NCBI GenBank assembly: GCA_913030915.1
Contig: CAJWEW010000003.1
Span: forward strand, 829 to 64,828
Reading direction: 5' to 3'
Origin: an uncultured Rhodobiaceae bacterium
GTDB lineage: Bacteria > Pseudomonadota > Alphaproteobacteria > Rhizobiales > TMED25
DNA length: 64,000 nt
Made by a program: the position numbers and the translations under genes. Below, piece after piece: positions 17,053 through 27,275 of the stretch. The stretch's first letter is position 1, and every line of letters starts with the position of its first letter. The notes under the pieces are model-generated. The model did not search any database. It worked only from the letters and a program-made list of their open reading frames with translations, and was not told the DNA's origin.

Positions 17053-18072
17053 TTATAGAGCTTCGAGAACCCTATCCTTTACGGCTGGTGAAACCCAAGC
17101 CGACCAATCATCTTGGTTATTTTCAAGATAATGGAGCGCCCCTTCCAGGCCAGTTGCTTGATTATCCGCCATCCAGGCAAGTAATTTATTCATTGTGGCA
17201 TTATCAAAGTCTCTTGTTGATATGTAATCCATCGCAACAGAAGCTTCTTCAGAAAAATTATCTGTCACAACAGTCTCAACCGCTGAAAACGCCCAAGCAT
17301 TTGGTTTTGGGTTTGCGCAATCTGCAACGCCTGTGCAGTTTGCCCACTCTTCACTATCATGCTCAACATTCGGCTGTAGCATATACATAGGTAGTTTTCC
17401 AAGAATTGCAGTTGGCGCCCAGTAATAGGTTAGCAGGTTTGATCCATCATTTATGGCTTTACTGATAAGCGCGTCCAACCCGGCTGATGAGCCTGGATCT
17501 ATTAGATCCCAACCTTTTGCATTCATGTCATAAGCGTTATAGAGATTCTGGTTTATGTATTGACAAGCCCATCCTGCAGGACAGCCAACTAAGGCACCCC
17601 TTTCAGGATTTTCTGGATTTGGAAATAAATCAGGTCTTGCAATCACATCTTCCCAGGTTTTGAGTTCTGGATTCGCAGCCAATGTTGCTTCTGGAATGAA
17701 CCAACCCTCTTCGCCGCCTTGAGAGAATACATTTCCAACGGAAATTAATCTTCCTTCTTCTTTCGCGGCATCAAGTGGAGCTCTTAGTGAGTTTGACCAA
17801 AGTTCTGGTGCAACGTCTGGCTCCCCTTTTTCATTCATTGATGTGAATGTTGGTACAGTATCTCCAGGAACTAGTTCTACGTTACATTCATATCCATGTG
17901 TTAGAATTATTTTATCAATTTCGGCAATAGCTTGCGCTGATGACCAATTCATATTCGCTATAGTAACAGATCCGCAGTCTGCGAGTTTTGTATCCTCTTT
18001 GAGTGCATTATTTAGGATAATACCGCCTGCAATTAATACTACTACGACGATTGGTAATATATATTTATTCAT
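17053..18072 (-). CDS. proX: glycine betaine ABC transporter substrate-binding protein
   Basis: Signal anchor 'MNKYILPIVVVVLIAGG' after an AGGAAG SD (the track ORF begins 15 codons earlier). ProX-type 'ANMNWSSAQA' and Trp-rich binding motifs. Confidence 0.85.
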   Translation of the reverse strand: MNKYILPIVVVVLIAGGIILNNALKEDTKLADCGSVTIANMNWSSAQAIAEIDKIILTHGYECNVELVPGDTVPTFTSMNEKGEPDVAPELWSNSLRAPLDAAKEEGRLISVGNVFSQGGEEGWFIPEATLAANPELKTWEDVIARPDLFPNPENPERGALVGCPAGWACQYINQNLYNAYDMNAKGWDLIDPGSSAGLDALISKAINDGSNLLTYYWAPTAILGKLPMYMLQPNVEHDSEEWANCTGVADCANPKPNAWAFSAVETVVTDNFSEEASVAMDYISTRDFDNATMNKLLAWMADNQATGLEGALHYLENNQDDWSAWVSPAVKDRVLEAL

Positions 18073-18215
18073 AAATCTTCCTATTTTTTCTTTTTTAAAG
18101 AGGTGATACCTTAACATACTTTTTCAGTAATTATAACCGTGAGCCCTTTTTTTCTGTGAATTGCGTTCGTAACATACTGTATTTACAGGCTTATTTTTTT
18201 CTTTAATAAAAGAAA

Positions 18216-18245
18216 AACCCCCTATTTGATTAAAAATAGGGGGTT
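18216..18245 (-). terminator. rho-independent terminator downstream of sodB
   Basis: Perfect 12-bp stem aaccccctattt / aaatagggggtt with a 6-nt loop. On the minus strand it is followed by TTTCTTTTATT. It lies 25 nt after the sodB stop. Confidence 0.75.
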
Positions 18246-18269
18246 CATAAAAAGATGTGTAGGTATAGG

Positions 18270-18866
18270 TTAGCTTGCAGCCTCATAGAGGCTATTCACA
18301 TATTCCCAATTTATCAAATTATCAAACCATGCTTCTAAATATTTTGGTCGAGCATTTCTGTAGTCAATATAATATGAGTGTTCCCAAACGTCACAACCAA
18401 GTAATGGAGTTGCTCCATTAACCAAAGGATTTTCACCATTTGGGGTTTTTGAGATATTTAACTTTCCATCTTTCAATTCAAGCCAGCACCATCCAGAACC
18501 AAATTGAGTGACGCCTGCGTTTATAAAATCAGATCTCATCTTCTCAATACCGCCGAGATCTTCATCTATCTTCTTCTCAAGATTGGATGGTATTTTTCCT
18601 GATGCATTCGGTGCCATCATATTCCAAAAATGAAGGTGGTTGTAGTGTTGTGCTGCATTATTAAATAAGCCTGGATTTGTACCATGTGACTTTATGACAA
18701 TATTTTCTAGTGACTCATTCGATAAATCAGAGTCTGCCAAAAGATTATTACCATTTGTGACATATGCTAAATGGTGTTTATCATGGTGAAATTCTAATGT
18801 TTCTGCCGACATAAATGGCGCTAACGCGTCATGTGAATAAGGTAAATCAGGTAGCTCAAATGCCAT
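18270..18866 (-). CDS. sodB: Fe-type superoxide dismutase
   Basis: 198 aa. 'LPYSHDAL', 'HHDKHH', 'FGSGWCWL' and 'DVWEHSYYIDYRNARPKYLE'. Confidence 0.9.
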   Translation of the reverse strand: MAFELPDLPYSHDALAPFMSAETLEFHHDKHHLAYVTNGNNLLADSDLSNESLENIVIKSHGTNPGLFNNAAQHYNHLHFWNMMAPNASGKIPSNLEKKIDEDLGGIEKMRSDFINAGVTQFGSGWCWLELKDGKLNISKTPNGENPLVNGATPLLGCDVWEHSYYIDYRNARPKYLEAWFDNLINWEYVNSLYEAAS

Positions 18867-18958
18867 TTTTTTCTCCGTTTGTAAATTAAATTTATAGAAA
18901 TGTTATCATCTAAATATAATAATTTAAATCAAAATATCAAATAATGAATAAACGGATT

Positions 18959-20155
18959 TTAATAAAAAGCTTGAATTCCGGTTTGAGATCTACCGAGAAT
19001 GAGCGAGTGTATATTTGATGTACCTTCATAGGTATTGACAGTTTCTAAATTAAGTAGGTGCCGAATTACATGATAATCTTCAGATATTCCATTTCCGCCT
19101 AATATATCTCGAGATTTACGAGCAATATCGAGTGCCATTAAACAATTATTTCGTTTAAGCAACGAAATTGCAGCTGGATTGATTTTTCTCTTATCAAGTT
19201 CCCTTCCAAGTTTCAAGGCCCCAAGTTTTGCTAGTGTGACTTGCGTTTGGCAATCCACTAGATCTTTTTGAATGAGCTGATTACTGGCAATTGGTTTGTT
19301 GAATTGTTTTCTGTCGAGGGCGTATTCACGTGCAGTATGCCAGCAAAACTCTGCTGCACCAACTGTTCCCCAAGAAATTCCAAATCTCGCTTTATTCAAG
19401 CATGAAAAAGGCCCCTTAAGTCCACTCACACCGGGTAGCCGGCAATCATCGTCAACGTGTGTCTCATCCATATGAATCTGCCCTGTAGAAGAGGCCCTCA
19501 GTGATAGTTTTCCATCTATCTTTTCAGCACGAAATTTATGCTTATTTTTATCGAGTATAAAACCTTGAATATCATAATCATCAGTTTTTGCCCAAACGAT
19601 TGCCACATCTGCAATCGGTGCATTAGTAATCCATGTTTTTGAACCGTTTAAAACCCATCCATTACCAGCTTTCTTTGCCGTGGTTTGCATGCTTGATGGG
19701 TCTGACCCATGATCTGGTTCTGTTAGTCCAAAGCAGCCTATTAGTTTTCCCTTAATAAGTTCTGGAATATATTTTTTTTTCTGTTCATCACTACCAAATT
19801 CAAAAATTGGATGAATGACAAGGGAGCTTTGAACACTCATAGCCGATCTGTATCCAGAGTCAACCTTTTCAATTTCATAAGCTATGAGGCCATAGCAAAC
19901 ATGATTTAATTCTGCCCCGTCATATTTTGCTGGTATTGTCGGTGCAATAAGGCCAAGTTTACCGAGCTCCTGTAAGATACTTTTATCGAATATTTCTTTT
20001 TTAAAAGCTTCTTTAACTCTTGGAAATAATTCTTTAGATGAATATTCATGCGCAGTTTTTTGAACAAGTTTTTCTTCATTTGAAAATTCGTCACTAATTC
20101 CAAGAATATCGTCCCAATCTTGATCAGGTAGAGCTTTCTCAAAATTATTTGCCAT
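18959..20155 (-). CDS. gcdH: glutaryl-CoA dehydrogenase (acyl-CoA dehydrogenase family)
   Basis: ACAD blocks '[14 protein letters not shown]', '[12 protein letters not shown]' and '[14 protein letters not shown]'. Start placed at ATG 20155 (MANNFEK...), overlapping the msrB stop within AATGGCAAATAA. The longer track ORF would run through msrB. Confidence 0.8.
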   Translation of the reverse strand: MANNFEKALPDQDWDDILGISDEFSNEEKLVQKTAHEYSSKELFPRVKEAFKKEIFDKSILQELGKLGLIAPTIPAKYDGAELNHVCYGLIAYEIEKVDSGYRSAMSVQSSLVIHPIFEFGSDEQKKKYIPELIKGKLIGCFGLTEPDHGSDPSSMQTTAKKAGNGWVLNGSKTWITNAPIADVAIVWAKTDDYDIQGFILDKNKHKFRAEKIDGKLSLRASSTGQIHMDETHVDDDCRLPGVSGLKGPFSCLNKARFGISWGTVGAAEFCWHTAREYALDRKQFNKPIASNQLIQKDLVDCQTQVTLAKLGALKLGRELDKRKINPAAISLLKRNNCLMALDIARKSRDILGGNGISEDYHVIRHLLNLETVNTYEGTSNIHSLILGRSQTGIQAFY

Positions 20156-20534
20156 TAAGTTCATCTTTCTTTTCAAAGCCCATTGCATTTCCATTGATGC
20201 AGTATCTAAGACCTGTTGGTTTGGGACCGTCATTAAAAAGGTGTCCCAGATGGGCATCACAATTTGCACATTTCACTTCTGTTCGGACCATGAAATGACT
20301 ATTATCGCTATGCTCAGAAATATTCATCTTATATTCTGTATCGTAGAAACTTGGCCATCCAGACCCTGAGTCATACTTATGGGTTGAAGCAAATAATGGT
20401 GTATTACAACAAATGCATGTGAAGGTACCATCTGATTTTTCATTTAGATGTGGGCCTGTAAAAGGACGCTCTGTTCCAGACTCCCTAGTAACATAATATT
20501 GTAATTCAGTTAAATTTTCATTTCGTTTATTCAT
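20145..20534 (-). CDS. msrB: peptide-methionine (R)-S-oxide reductase
   Basis: 129 aa. Two CxxC pairs ([17 protein letters not shown]) and the catalytic 'GLRYCING' motif. Confidence 0.9.
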   Translation of the reverse strand: MNKRNENLTELQYYVTRESGTERPFTGPHLNEKSDGTFTCICCNTPLFASTHKYDSGSGWPSFYDTEYKMNISEHSDNSHFMVRTEVKCANCDAHLGHLFNDGPKPTGLRYCINGNAMGFEKKDELNGK

Positions 20535-20552
20535 TATTTTATTCTATCACAT

Positions 20553-22229
20553 TTACGCAAATAGATAAAATAGCAGAAATAAACCAAGCAGAATTGCTGT
20601 CCATAGCGCCATATTTCCGGTTGACCAAGAGCGTCCAAGCATCCCAGAAGGACCACTATGCTTGTGCAAACTTCGAATTGTTTGAGTCCCTAAATTATCT
20701 ATAGAATGAATAAGAGTATGCACCTTTTTGAGCAAGTAAGTGTCAAATAAGCTTACAACTAATACACCAAATTTTCTCCAGAACCAGTCGAAATCAAGCG
20801 TAATAGTAAGCGTTCGTTTTAAATACTTCAATAGAATGAAAAATGCTAAACCGGAGAACATTAGTAGTTGCAATTGTGATGATACATGATCCAATGTATA
20901 TGGTACGTATTTGACGTCATATGGCAGAATTGAATAGAGCACACCAGGAAAAACACCAATTAATATACACAGCGCTGATAAAAGTATCATTGCAAACCTC
21001 ATATTTTTTGGGGGGTCCTGAGCTTTAATTTTCGCATCTTTTTGAAAAAACACAAACCATGGGAATTTTATTCCAGCATGCAGAAAAACCCCAGCAGATG
21101 CCATTGTTAAGAGAAGCCACAATATCTTGAGTTCTTCATATACGGTAGCCTGTACAGTTAGAGACTTGGATATGAAACCTGAGGTTAGAGGAAATGCAGA
21201 TATTGATAGTGCGCCAATGATACCACAAATCATCGTAAGAGGCATTGTCTTATACAAACCACCTAGATCAGTACATTTTGTGCGACCTGTAATGTAAAAT
21301 ACTGAACCAGCGCTCATCAGTAGTAGGGCCTTGTATATAATGTGCGTGAAGGCATGCGAGGATGCGCCATTTATCGCTATTTCAGTTCCAATACCTACTG
21401 CTACAATCATAAAGCCGACCTGATTAACGATAGAGTATGATAGGATGCGTCTCATATCATTTTCAAGGATTGCAAAAATAATTCCATAAAATATCATAAA
21501 TATGCCAACATATATTAGAAATTGGTAACCCGCATAGCCAACAATTAAAACGTATACCGCTGTCTTTGTTGTGAATGCAGACAAAAATACTGTTCCTGAC
21601 CATGATGCACTTGGGTATGCATCAGGTATCCAACTGGAAAATGGCGGAGCACCAGCATTTATTAAAAAGCCAGCTAGGACAAAATACGAGAATATATTAT
21701 CAGGACTCATTAGACCAAAAGCAAGGGTTCCTGTGGTATTTGCGTAGCCAATTATCCCAATTAATAATATAGATCCACCGAGCAGATGCACAGCGAGGTA
21801 TCTAATCCCAGGATAATAGGACTGCTTAGATCCGCTCCATATGACAATTGTTGATGTTATTGCCATAATTTCCCAGAATATGAATAAAGTTATTAAATCT
21901 CCTGATAAAACAACTGATATTGATGACCCAACATATACAAACGCTGACGATATCTCAGATTTATTATCTTGGTTTATGCTAAATATTGCAGTGGCGAATA
22001 ATATTAGTAGGAATATATATGAGAACAACCGGCTTAATTTATCAATACTTAATAATATTAACTCATAATTTCCGTAATCAAGCTTGATTATAGTCCCATT
22101 ATCTAATGAAAATAAAATAATAAAACTCGCTATTGGAAATAAAAGTACAATCAATCGGTTCTTGATCAATGGTATGAATAATCCAAATGCTATGAGGATT
22201 ATTCCGGGATGTAATAGGCTACTCGTCAT
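20553..22229 (-). CDS. Mrp-complex NuoL/M/N-type subunit (MrpD/MrpA-like) with a C-terminal extension
   Basis: 558 aa proton-conducting membrane transporter fold. It has an extra tail of roughly 85 aa ('...DFDWFWRKFG...KKVHTLIHSIDNLGTQTIRSLHKHSG...' plus a final TM helix). Confidence 0.75.
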   Translation of the reverse strand: MTSSLLHPGIILIAFGLFIPLIKNRLIVLLFPIASFIILFSLDNGTIIKLDYGNYELILLSIDKLSRLFSYIFLLILFATAIFSINQDNKSEISSAFVYVGSSISVVLSGDLITLFIFWEIMAITSTIVIWSGSKQSYYPGIRYLAVHLLGGSILLIGIIGYANTTGTLAFGLMSPDNIFSYFVLAGFLINAGAPPFSSWIPDAYPSASWSGTVFLSAFTTKTAVYVLIVGYAGYQFLIYVGIFMIFYGIIFAILENDMRRILSYSIVNQVGFMIVAVGIGTEIAINGASSHAFTHIIYKALLLMSAGSVFYITGRTKCTDLGGLYKTMPLTMICGIIGALSISAFPLTSGFISKSLTVQATVYEELKILWLLLTMASAGVFLHAGIKFPWFVFFQKDAKIKAQDPPKNMRFAMILLSALCILIGVFPGVLYSILPYDVKYVPYTLDHVSSQLQLLMFSGLAFFILLKYLKRTLTITLDFDWFWRKFGVLVVSLFDTYLLKKVHTLIHSIDNLGTQTIRSLHKHSGPSGMLGRSWSTGNMALWTAILLGLFLLFYLFA

Positions 22230-22440
22230 AGTAATCCTCAGGCCTTTTTAAAAAAATTCCAATAGCTTTGGAGACGAATACTAAAAATATGCAAGATAAG
22301 AACCCATAGATCGATGGAAATGCAAAAAAACCATCTATGCCAAAATAATCGTGTCGGTGAATTAAAAGGTCACTAAAAAATAAAATTGCAAGTATGAATA
22401 GAAAACTTATCCATAATTTTTTGATCGTACTATTTAACAT
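22219..22440 (-). CDS. small 2-TM membrane protein embedded in the mrp operon (unknown family)
   Basis: 73 aa with two hydrophobic helices. It overlaps both neighbours by 11 nt, which suggests translational coupling. Confidence 0.55.
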   Translation of the reverse strand: MLNSTIKKLWISFLFILAILFFSDLLIHRHDYFGIDGFFAFPSIYGFLSCIFLVFVSKAIGIFLKRPEDYYDE

Positions 22441-23890
22441 TACTTATTACCTCCATGACCAAGTTTGGTTGCAAGAATAGAATTACCATTAGCACACAAC
22501 AAATGACTATAGATAAGGTAATATCCTTTGGTAGTGTCTTAAATGAGACTTCTTTCAACTCATTTTTAAAGAAGAACTTATATATAATTGGCGAAAAATA
22601 ACCAATATTCAGTAGAGTAGAAATTGTTATAATGAGTAAGATAAACCATTGGCCAACGTCTACAGATGACTGCACAATATACCATTTGCTTGTAAAACCA
22701 ACTAACAACGGAATTCCCACCAGCGACATCGCTCCCAAAGTGAATGCAATGCTTACGACCCTAAGATTTTTTCCTATGCCATCCATTTCGCTTATTTTTG
22801 TGTATCCTGTGGAGGAATAAATTGCACCTGCCGCAAAAAATAATGTTATTTTACTAATGGCGTGTGCGACAAGATGCATGGATGCAGCAATTATTGCCGA
22901 AGGTGTTAATATTAAAATAGCAATGACGACATAAGACAATTGACTGATTGTCGAGTAAGCTAGTAATTTTTTTAAATTATCTTGTTTTAATGCAATTACT
23001 GAGGTTGTTATTATTGTAAATCCGCAAATATAAATCATTAGATCAACACTGAATAGACCAAGCAAGATATCAAGACCGAAAATATAAACCAATACTTTAA
23101 TAATTGAAAATACACCGACTTTTACAACGGCAACGGCGTGTAATAACGCTGATACGGGGGTCGGTGCAACCATAGCAGCAGGTAGCCATGAATGAAAAGG
23201 CATGACCGCTGCTTTTGAGATACCAAATATAAATAAAACTAACAATATCGAGATTGCGACATTGTTTACCTCCATACCAGATAGAGTTGTGGTCAGAAGG
23301 CCACCTGATACAAAATCAAGATTGCCACTGAGGTAATATACATATCCCATTGCGGGGAGAAAAAAGCATAAAGAGGTACCAAGTAATATGAGAAGATATT
23401 TTCTGCCTGATTGCTTTGATTGTTCGTCGCCTTTGTGCGTCACGAGGGGATATGTTGATACGGTTAGTAATTCATAAAATATGAATAATGTTAGCAGGTT
23501 ACTTGAGAGGGCTGCACCGTTGGCACAACCAATGGCTATGGCAAAAAAAGAAAAGAAATTTCCAAGCCTTTTTTCATTATTGGTTCGCATATACCCATAT
23601 GAATATAAGGTAGCGACCAACCAAAGAGAATTGACCATGGTTATAAATACAAAACTTATGGGTTCAAGACCTAATGAGATACCAATATTCGTAAAAATAT
23701 CGAAAATATCGATGCTAGAACTCATAAAATCAGAATTTTGTTGTAGTTTATATACACTCCATAATGCCAGAATAGGTCCCGACAACAGGATTGGGTAACG
23801 CAACTGTTGAATTTCCCAGGTGATTTTGATTAAAATCGACAAAAATATTGGTATGAGTACCGGTAATAAATAGATGATTTGTTGGCTCAT
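22430..23890 (-). CDS. mrpD: Mrp-complex NuoM/N-type subunit (MrpD-like)
   Basis: 486 aa, about 14 TM helices. 'FFIFYELLTVSTYPLV', 'PFHSWLPAAMVAPTPVSALLHA' and 'LKKLLAYSTISQLSY'. Confidence 0.8.
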   Translation of the reverse strand: MSQQIIYLLPVLIPIFLSILIKITWEIQQLRYPILLSGPILALWSVYKLQQNSDFMSSSIDIFDIFTNIGISLGLEPISFVFITMVNSLWLVATLYSYGYMRTNNEKRLGNFFSFFAIAIGCANGAALSSNLLTLFIFYELLTVSTYPLVTHKGDEQSKQSGRKYLLILLGTSLCFFLPAMGYVYYLSGNLDFVSGGLLTTTLSGMEVNNVAISILLVLFIFGISKAAVMPFHSWLPAAMVAPTPVSALLHAVAVVKVGVFSIIKVLVYIFGLDILLGLFSVDLMIYICGFTIITTSVIALKQDNLKKLLAYSTISQLSYVVIAILILTPSAIIAASMHLVAHAISKITLFFAAGAIYSSTGYTKISEMDGIGKNLRVVSIAFTLGAMSLVGIPLLVGFTSKWYIVQSSVDVGQWFILLIITISTLLNIGYFSPIIYKFFFKNELKEVSFKTLPKDITLSIVICCVLMVILFLQPNLVMEVISNVK

Positions 23891-25395
23891 AATTGTTCAC
23901 CTAGTAATACATTTTCAACTGCGATTTTTGCAAGATCACCGGTGAGCCTTGTATCAATCCCAAAATATATTGTGGCTATTGTCATCAAGACTGTTACGGC
24001 TAACATTTCAAATGGAATTTTATTCTCACTATCCATGCCAACAACGGGCGCATGAAACCAGATCAATTCAATAATCCTACCAACATAGATAAGTGCCAGA
24101 ATAGAGCTCACAGCGAGTGCAAACACAACAACCCACCAGCCCTGTTCTAGCGATCCTAAAACAAGATACCATTTTGATATGAAACCAACGGTGCCTGGGA
24201 CACCGATTAAACTTAATGATGATACTGTAATACAAAGAGCCACCATAGGCATTCTCTTACCAAGACCTGCTAGTTGATCTATATTTACTATTTTGGAGCT
24301 AAAAACCAAACAACCTATGGCTAAAAAAATTGCCGCTTTGATTATTGAATGATTGATTATGTGCACTGTGGAACCAATGAGCCCATTATAATTTGCAATA
24401 CCAATGCCAAGAGTTATATATCCAATTTGCGCAACCGAGGAATACGCAAATAGTTTTTTAAGATTACTCTGGAATATAGCAATCATGGACGCTCCAAACA
24501 TCGCAATAATGGATAGCGAAAGTATGACAAAAATAAAAATTTGATTGGAATATACAAGGTCAAATCCATAAACGAGATATAGATACTTAATCAAGAGATA
24601 AATAGCAACTTTTGTTGCAGTTGAGGCGAGGAATGCGGTTCCGACGGACGGCGCAAAAGCGTATGCGTTAGGTAACCAAGCGTGCAAGGGAAATAATGCT
24701 ATTTTGAGCGCTATACCGACTGTTATAAAAGCTAATGAAGCTAGCAACGGACGATAAAGTTCAATATCTCCGAGTTTTATAGAGATATCATAGAGATTAA
24801 GGCTTCCAGTTATAATAAAAATTAATCCTACTCCAATTACATAGAGAGTCGCGCCAATAGTTCCAATTATCAGATACTGATACGCAGCGAGGAGGCCTCT
24901 TCGATCGTTGCCCATTGAAATTATCACATAGGTTGCCAAAGATGATATTTCCAAGAAAACAAATGCATTAAATGCATCTCCCGTGGAGAGTATCCCGATT
25001 AATCCTCCTAAACAGAGCAGATACATGGAGTAGAAAGTTGAGATTTTATTTTTTTTTAATTCAATATTTAAACTGGATTTGGCATAAATCAGTATTAGAA
25101 AAGACACAATAGCAATTAGTGCAATTAATAGTGAATTAAATTCATCGATCCGGTATTCAATGCCAACGGGGGGTTCCCAACCGCCCATCGCATAGGATAT
25201 TGTCCCTAAAGATCGCGCATTAAGATATAATATAATTGAATAATAAATTGTACTAATACCTGATAGCAGTGCAATACTCCAGTTAAGGTTATTATGTCTA
25301 ATTAACATAATTAATACAGCACCAATAATTGGAAGCATAACTACAAGAGCAGGGGCATGTTCATTCATTATTGAGCTCATTGTCAAATAGTTCAT
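23887..25395 (-). CDS. mrpD: Mrp-complex NuoM/N-type subunit (MrpD-like)
   Basis: 502 aa. 'FVFLEISSLATY', 'PLHAWLPNAYAFAPS' and 'LKKLFAYSSVAQIGY'. The start is uncertain (ATGs at 25395, 25380 and 25368). Confidence 0.8.
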   Translation of the reverse strand: MNYLTMSSIMNEHAPALVVMLPIIGAVLIMLIRHNNLNWSIALLSGISTIYYSIILYLNARSLGTISYAMGGWEPPVGIEYRIDEFNSLLIALIAIVSFLILIYAKSSLNIELKKNKISTFYSMYLLCLGGLIGILSTGDAFNAFVFLEISSLATYVIISMGNDRRGLLAAYQYLIIGTIGATLYVIGVGLIFIITGSLNLYDISIKLGDIELYRPLLASLAFITVGIALKIALFPLHAWLPNAYAFAPSVGTAFLASTATKVAIYLLIKYLYLVYGFDLVYSNQIFIFVILSLSIIAMFGASMIAIFQSNLKKLFAYSSVAQIGYITLGIGIANYNGLIGSTVHIINHSIIKAAIFLAIGCLVFSSKIVNIDQLAGLGKRMPMVALCITVSSLSLIGVPGTVGFISKWYLVLGSLEQGWWVVVFALAVSSILALIYVGRIIELIWFHAPVVGMDSENKIPFEMLAVTVLMTIATIYFGIDTRLTGDLAKIAVENVLLGEQL

Positions 25396-25732
25396 CTTCT
25401 TCTATTGTTCCAAATTCTTCATTGACTCTGATCACCAGAGATAATCCTAATGCAAGAGTTGCAATTCCCACTACAATAGCTGTTAGGATCAATACATGAG
25501 GAAAGGGACTTGAATAAACACTATATCCATCGTCTAGGATTGGGGCAGTCCCGTTTAGAATTTTTCCAGGTGATATATACAGTATATAGACAGACGTTTG
25601 GAAAAGCGCCAAACCTACAAGTTTTTTTACCATGTTCCCTCTTGATACGACAATAAATAAGCCGCTTACCATTAAAAAAATAATGATGTAGTAATTGTAT
25701 GAGGAAATGAAATTATAAATAGCAGAACTCAT
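25361..25732 (-). CDS. mrpC: Mrp subunit C (NuoK-like)
   Basis: 123 aa, 3 TM helices. 'KKLVGLALFQTSVYILYIS' and 'PHVLILTAIVVGIATLALGLSL'. Confidence 0.8.
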   Translation of the reverse strand: MSSAIYNFISSYNYYIIIFLMVSGLFIVVSRGNMVKKLVGLALFQTSVYILYISPGKILNGTAPILDDGYSVYSSPFPHVLILTAIVVGIATLALGLSLVIRVNEEFGTIEEDELFDNELNNE

Positions 25733-26148
25733 TTTTTACCTCGCGTAACAAATGCATAAAATATTGAGACCATGGAACCAATTACAGTGACAAAAACACC
25801 CAATTCAATTGCAATTATTCCAATATGCTGACCGTGTTTTGGATAGTGCGCAAGAGCGTCATAATCAAGGAAATTTAAGCCTTTAGATAAACTTATCAAA
25901 CCCGTAACTGTGAAGATTAGAACACCGAGTGGTACCATGTAATTAAATATCTTCTCGGGAAAGTCTTTCTGGGCCTTTTTTATTCCAAAAATTATTGTAT
26001 AGAGTATGATACCGGCTGCAAAAATTACACCTGCTTGAAAGCCGCCTCCTGGTCCAAAATCACCATGGAATTGCACATAAAACGCAAATAGGATAATAAA
26101 AGGAAGAAAAATCTTTGAAGATATTCTAAGCAGTAAGTCCAATCTCAT
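25729..26148 (-). CDS. mrpB: Mrp subunit B (MbhF-like)
   Basis: 139 aa. 'HGDFGPGGGFQAGVIFA' MnhB signature. Confidence 0.8.
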   Translation of the reverse strand: MRLDLLLRISSKIFLPFIILFAFYVQFHGDFGPGGGFQAGVIFAAGIILYTIIFGIKKAQKDFPEKIFNYMVPLGVLIFTVTGLISLSKGLNFLDYDALAHYPKHGQHIGIIAIELGVFVTVIGSMVSIFYAFVTRGKK

Positions 26149-26157
26149 AATATCACC

Positions 26158-26664
26158 CTATATTTTATCACGCTTGAGAATTGACAGAACACCAATCGCT
26201 GCTGTAAACACAACTATAACCTCACCAAGAGTATCAAAGCCCCTATAACTTGCTAGGACAGATGTAACAACATTCGGAACACCAGTCTCACTAATAGACC
26301 TCTCAAGATATTGAACAGAGACATGTGTGTGAATTGGCGTATCGGAAGCACCAAAAGGTGGTAGGCCATAGGTTCCATAAATCAATAAACCACCTATAGT
26401 TAAGCAAATTATTAGAGGGAGAATTGATTTGAATCTGGGCTTTTCTTCGTTCACTTTAGTATAATACAAAACTGTAAGCATAAGCACAGTTGATATTCCA
26501 GCTCCGACTGCCGCTTCTGTCAGCGCAACATCTACAGCGTCAAAGATGAGTAACAATGTTGCCATTAAAAAACTATATATTGTACTTAAAATAACAACAC
26601 TGAATAGATTCCTCAGTCTTATAATACCGAGTGTTGTTAGCGCCATCAGGGAAAGTATAATCAT
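26158..26664 (-). CDS. MrpA-C-terminal-like subunit (DUF4040/MbhD plus MnhB-domain/MbhE-like)
   Basis: 168 aa. 'AVDVALTEAAVGAGIST' (DUF4040-like) followed by 'PNVVTSVLASYRGFDTLGEV' (MnhB-domain motif). Confidence 0.65.
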   Translation of the reverse strand: MIILSLMALTTLGIIRLRNLFSVVILSTIYSFLMATLLLIFDAVDVALTEAAVGAGISTVLMLTVLYYTKVNEEKPRFKSILPLIICLTIGGLLIYGTYGLPPFGASDTPIHTHVSVQYLERSISETGVPNVVTSVLASYRGFDTLGEVIVVFTAAIGVLSILKRDKI

Positions 26665-26678
26665 GTTAAGATAAATTT

Positions 26679-26999
26679 CTATTGACCAGACTCCTTTTTT
26701 ATTACATTCGGTTTTAAATTGTCATGGATACACGCTCTTGCCAGTGCGTGTGTTGCCACTGAGGATATGTAGAATATAGCAAGCATTATAATAATTAGTT
26801 TTAATGACACGACTGTGAAGCCTGTGTTTATTATGAGACCTATAATAATTAGGCTTGCCCCAGCTGTCTCCATAATTGAAGCTGCATGCATTCTTGTGAA
26901 AACATCTGGCATTCTAATTAAGCCAATTGCACCAATTAAAAGAAACAGTGAACCGACAATTAGCATAAGATTTGAAACGTATGATGATACTATATCCAT
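26679..26999 (-). CDS. mrpG: Mrp subunit G
   Basis: 106 aa. 'GAIGLIRMPDVFTRMHAASIMETAGA' MnhG motif. Confidence 0.8.
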   Translation of the reverse strand: MDIVSSYVSNLMLIVGSLFLLIGAIGLIRMPDVFTRMHAASIMETAGASLIIIGLIINTGFTVVSLKLIIIMLAIFYISSVATHALARACIHDNLKPNVIKKESGQ

Positions 27000-27005
27000 T
27001 GCTGT

Positions 27006-27275
27006 TTAATCCTCTTCTCCATGACTTAGAGTTCCGTATCTGAAGTATTTTAAAACTGCAAAAGTTCCTATAAGATTTAATAAAATATAAGCTATTGCTA
27101 TGTCCAGGAAATCCGTTCTATCAGTGAGATATCCATACATCACCAAAAATAACACTGTGGTCGTGCCAATGATATTTGCAGCGAGCAATCTATCAAATAA
27201 TGTTGGACCAATTAAGGCCCTATATAGAGAAATTGCAAGTGTAATTGATATAATGATAATAAGGAAACTAAACAT
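27006..27275 (-). CDS. mrpF: Mrp subunit F
   Basis: 89 aa, 3 TM helices. 'LYRALIGPTLFDRLLAANIIGT' MnhF pattern. Confidence 0.75.
   Translation of the reverse strand: MFSFLIIIISITLAISLYRALIGPTLFDRLLAANIIGTTTVLFLVMYGYLTDRTDFLDIAIAYILLNLIGTFAVLKYFRYGTLSHGEED

Noticed and set aside
17025-17390. 121-aa ORF antisense to proX that begins inside the proX-proW hairpin.
   Set aside because: It lies fully within, and antisense to, a confidently identified proX. The sequence is Leu/Pro/Gln-rich with no motif. It is most likely a frame artefact.
18874-18956. 7-bp inverted repeat tccgttt / aaacgga bracketing the sodB leader, whose distal arm overlaps the sodB SD (AAACGGAG).
   Set aside because: Only 7 bp with a loop of about 69 nt. 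That is thermodynamically weak and easily coincidental. A possible SD-sequestering role in read-through transcripts is too speculative to list as a finding.
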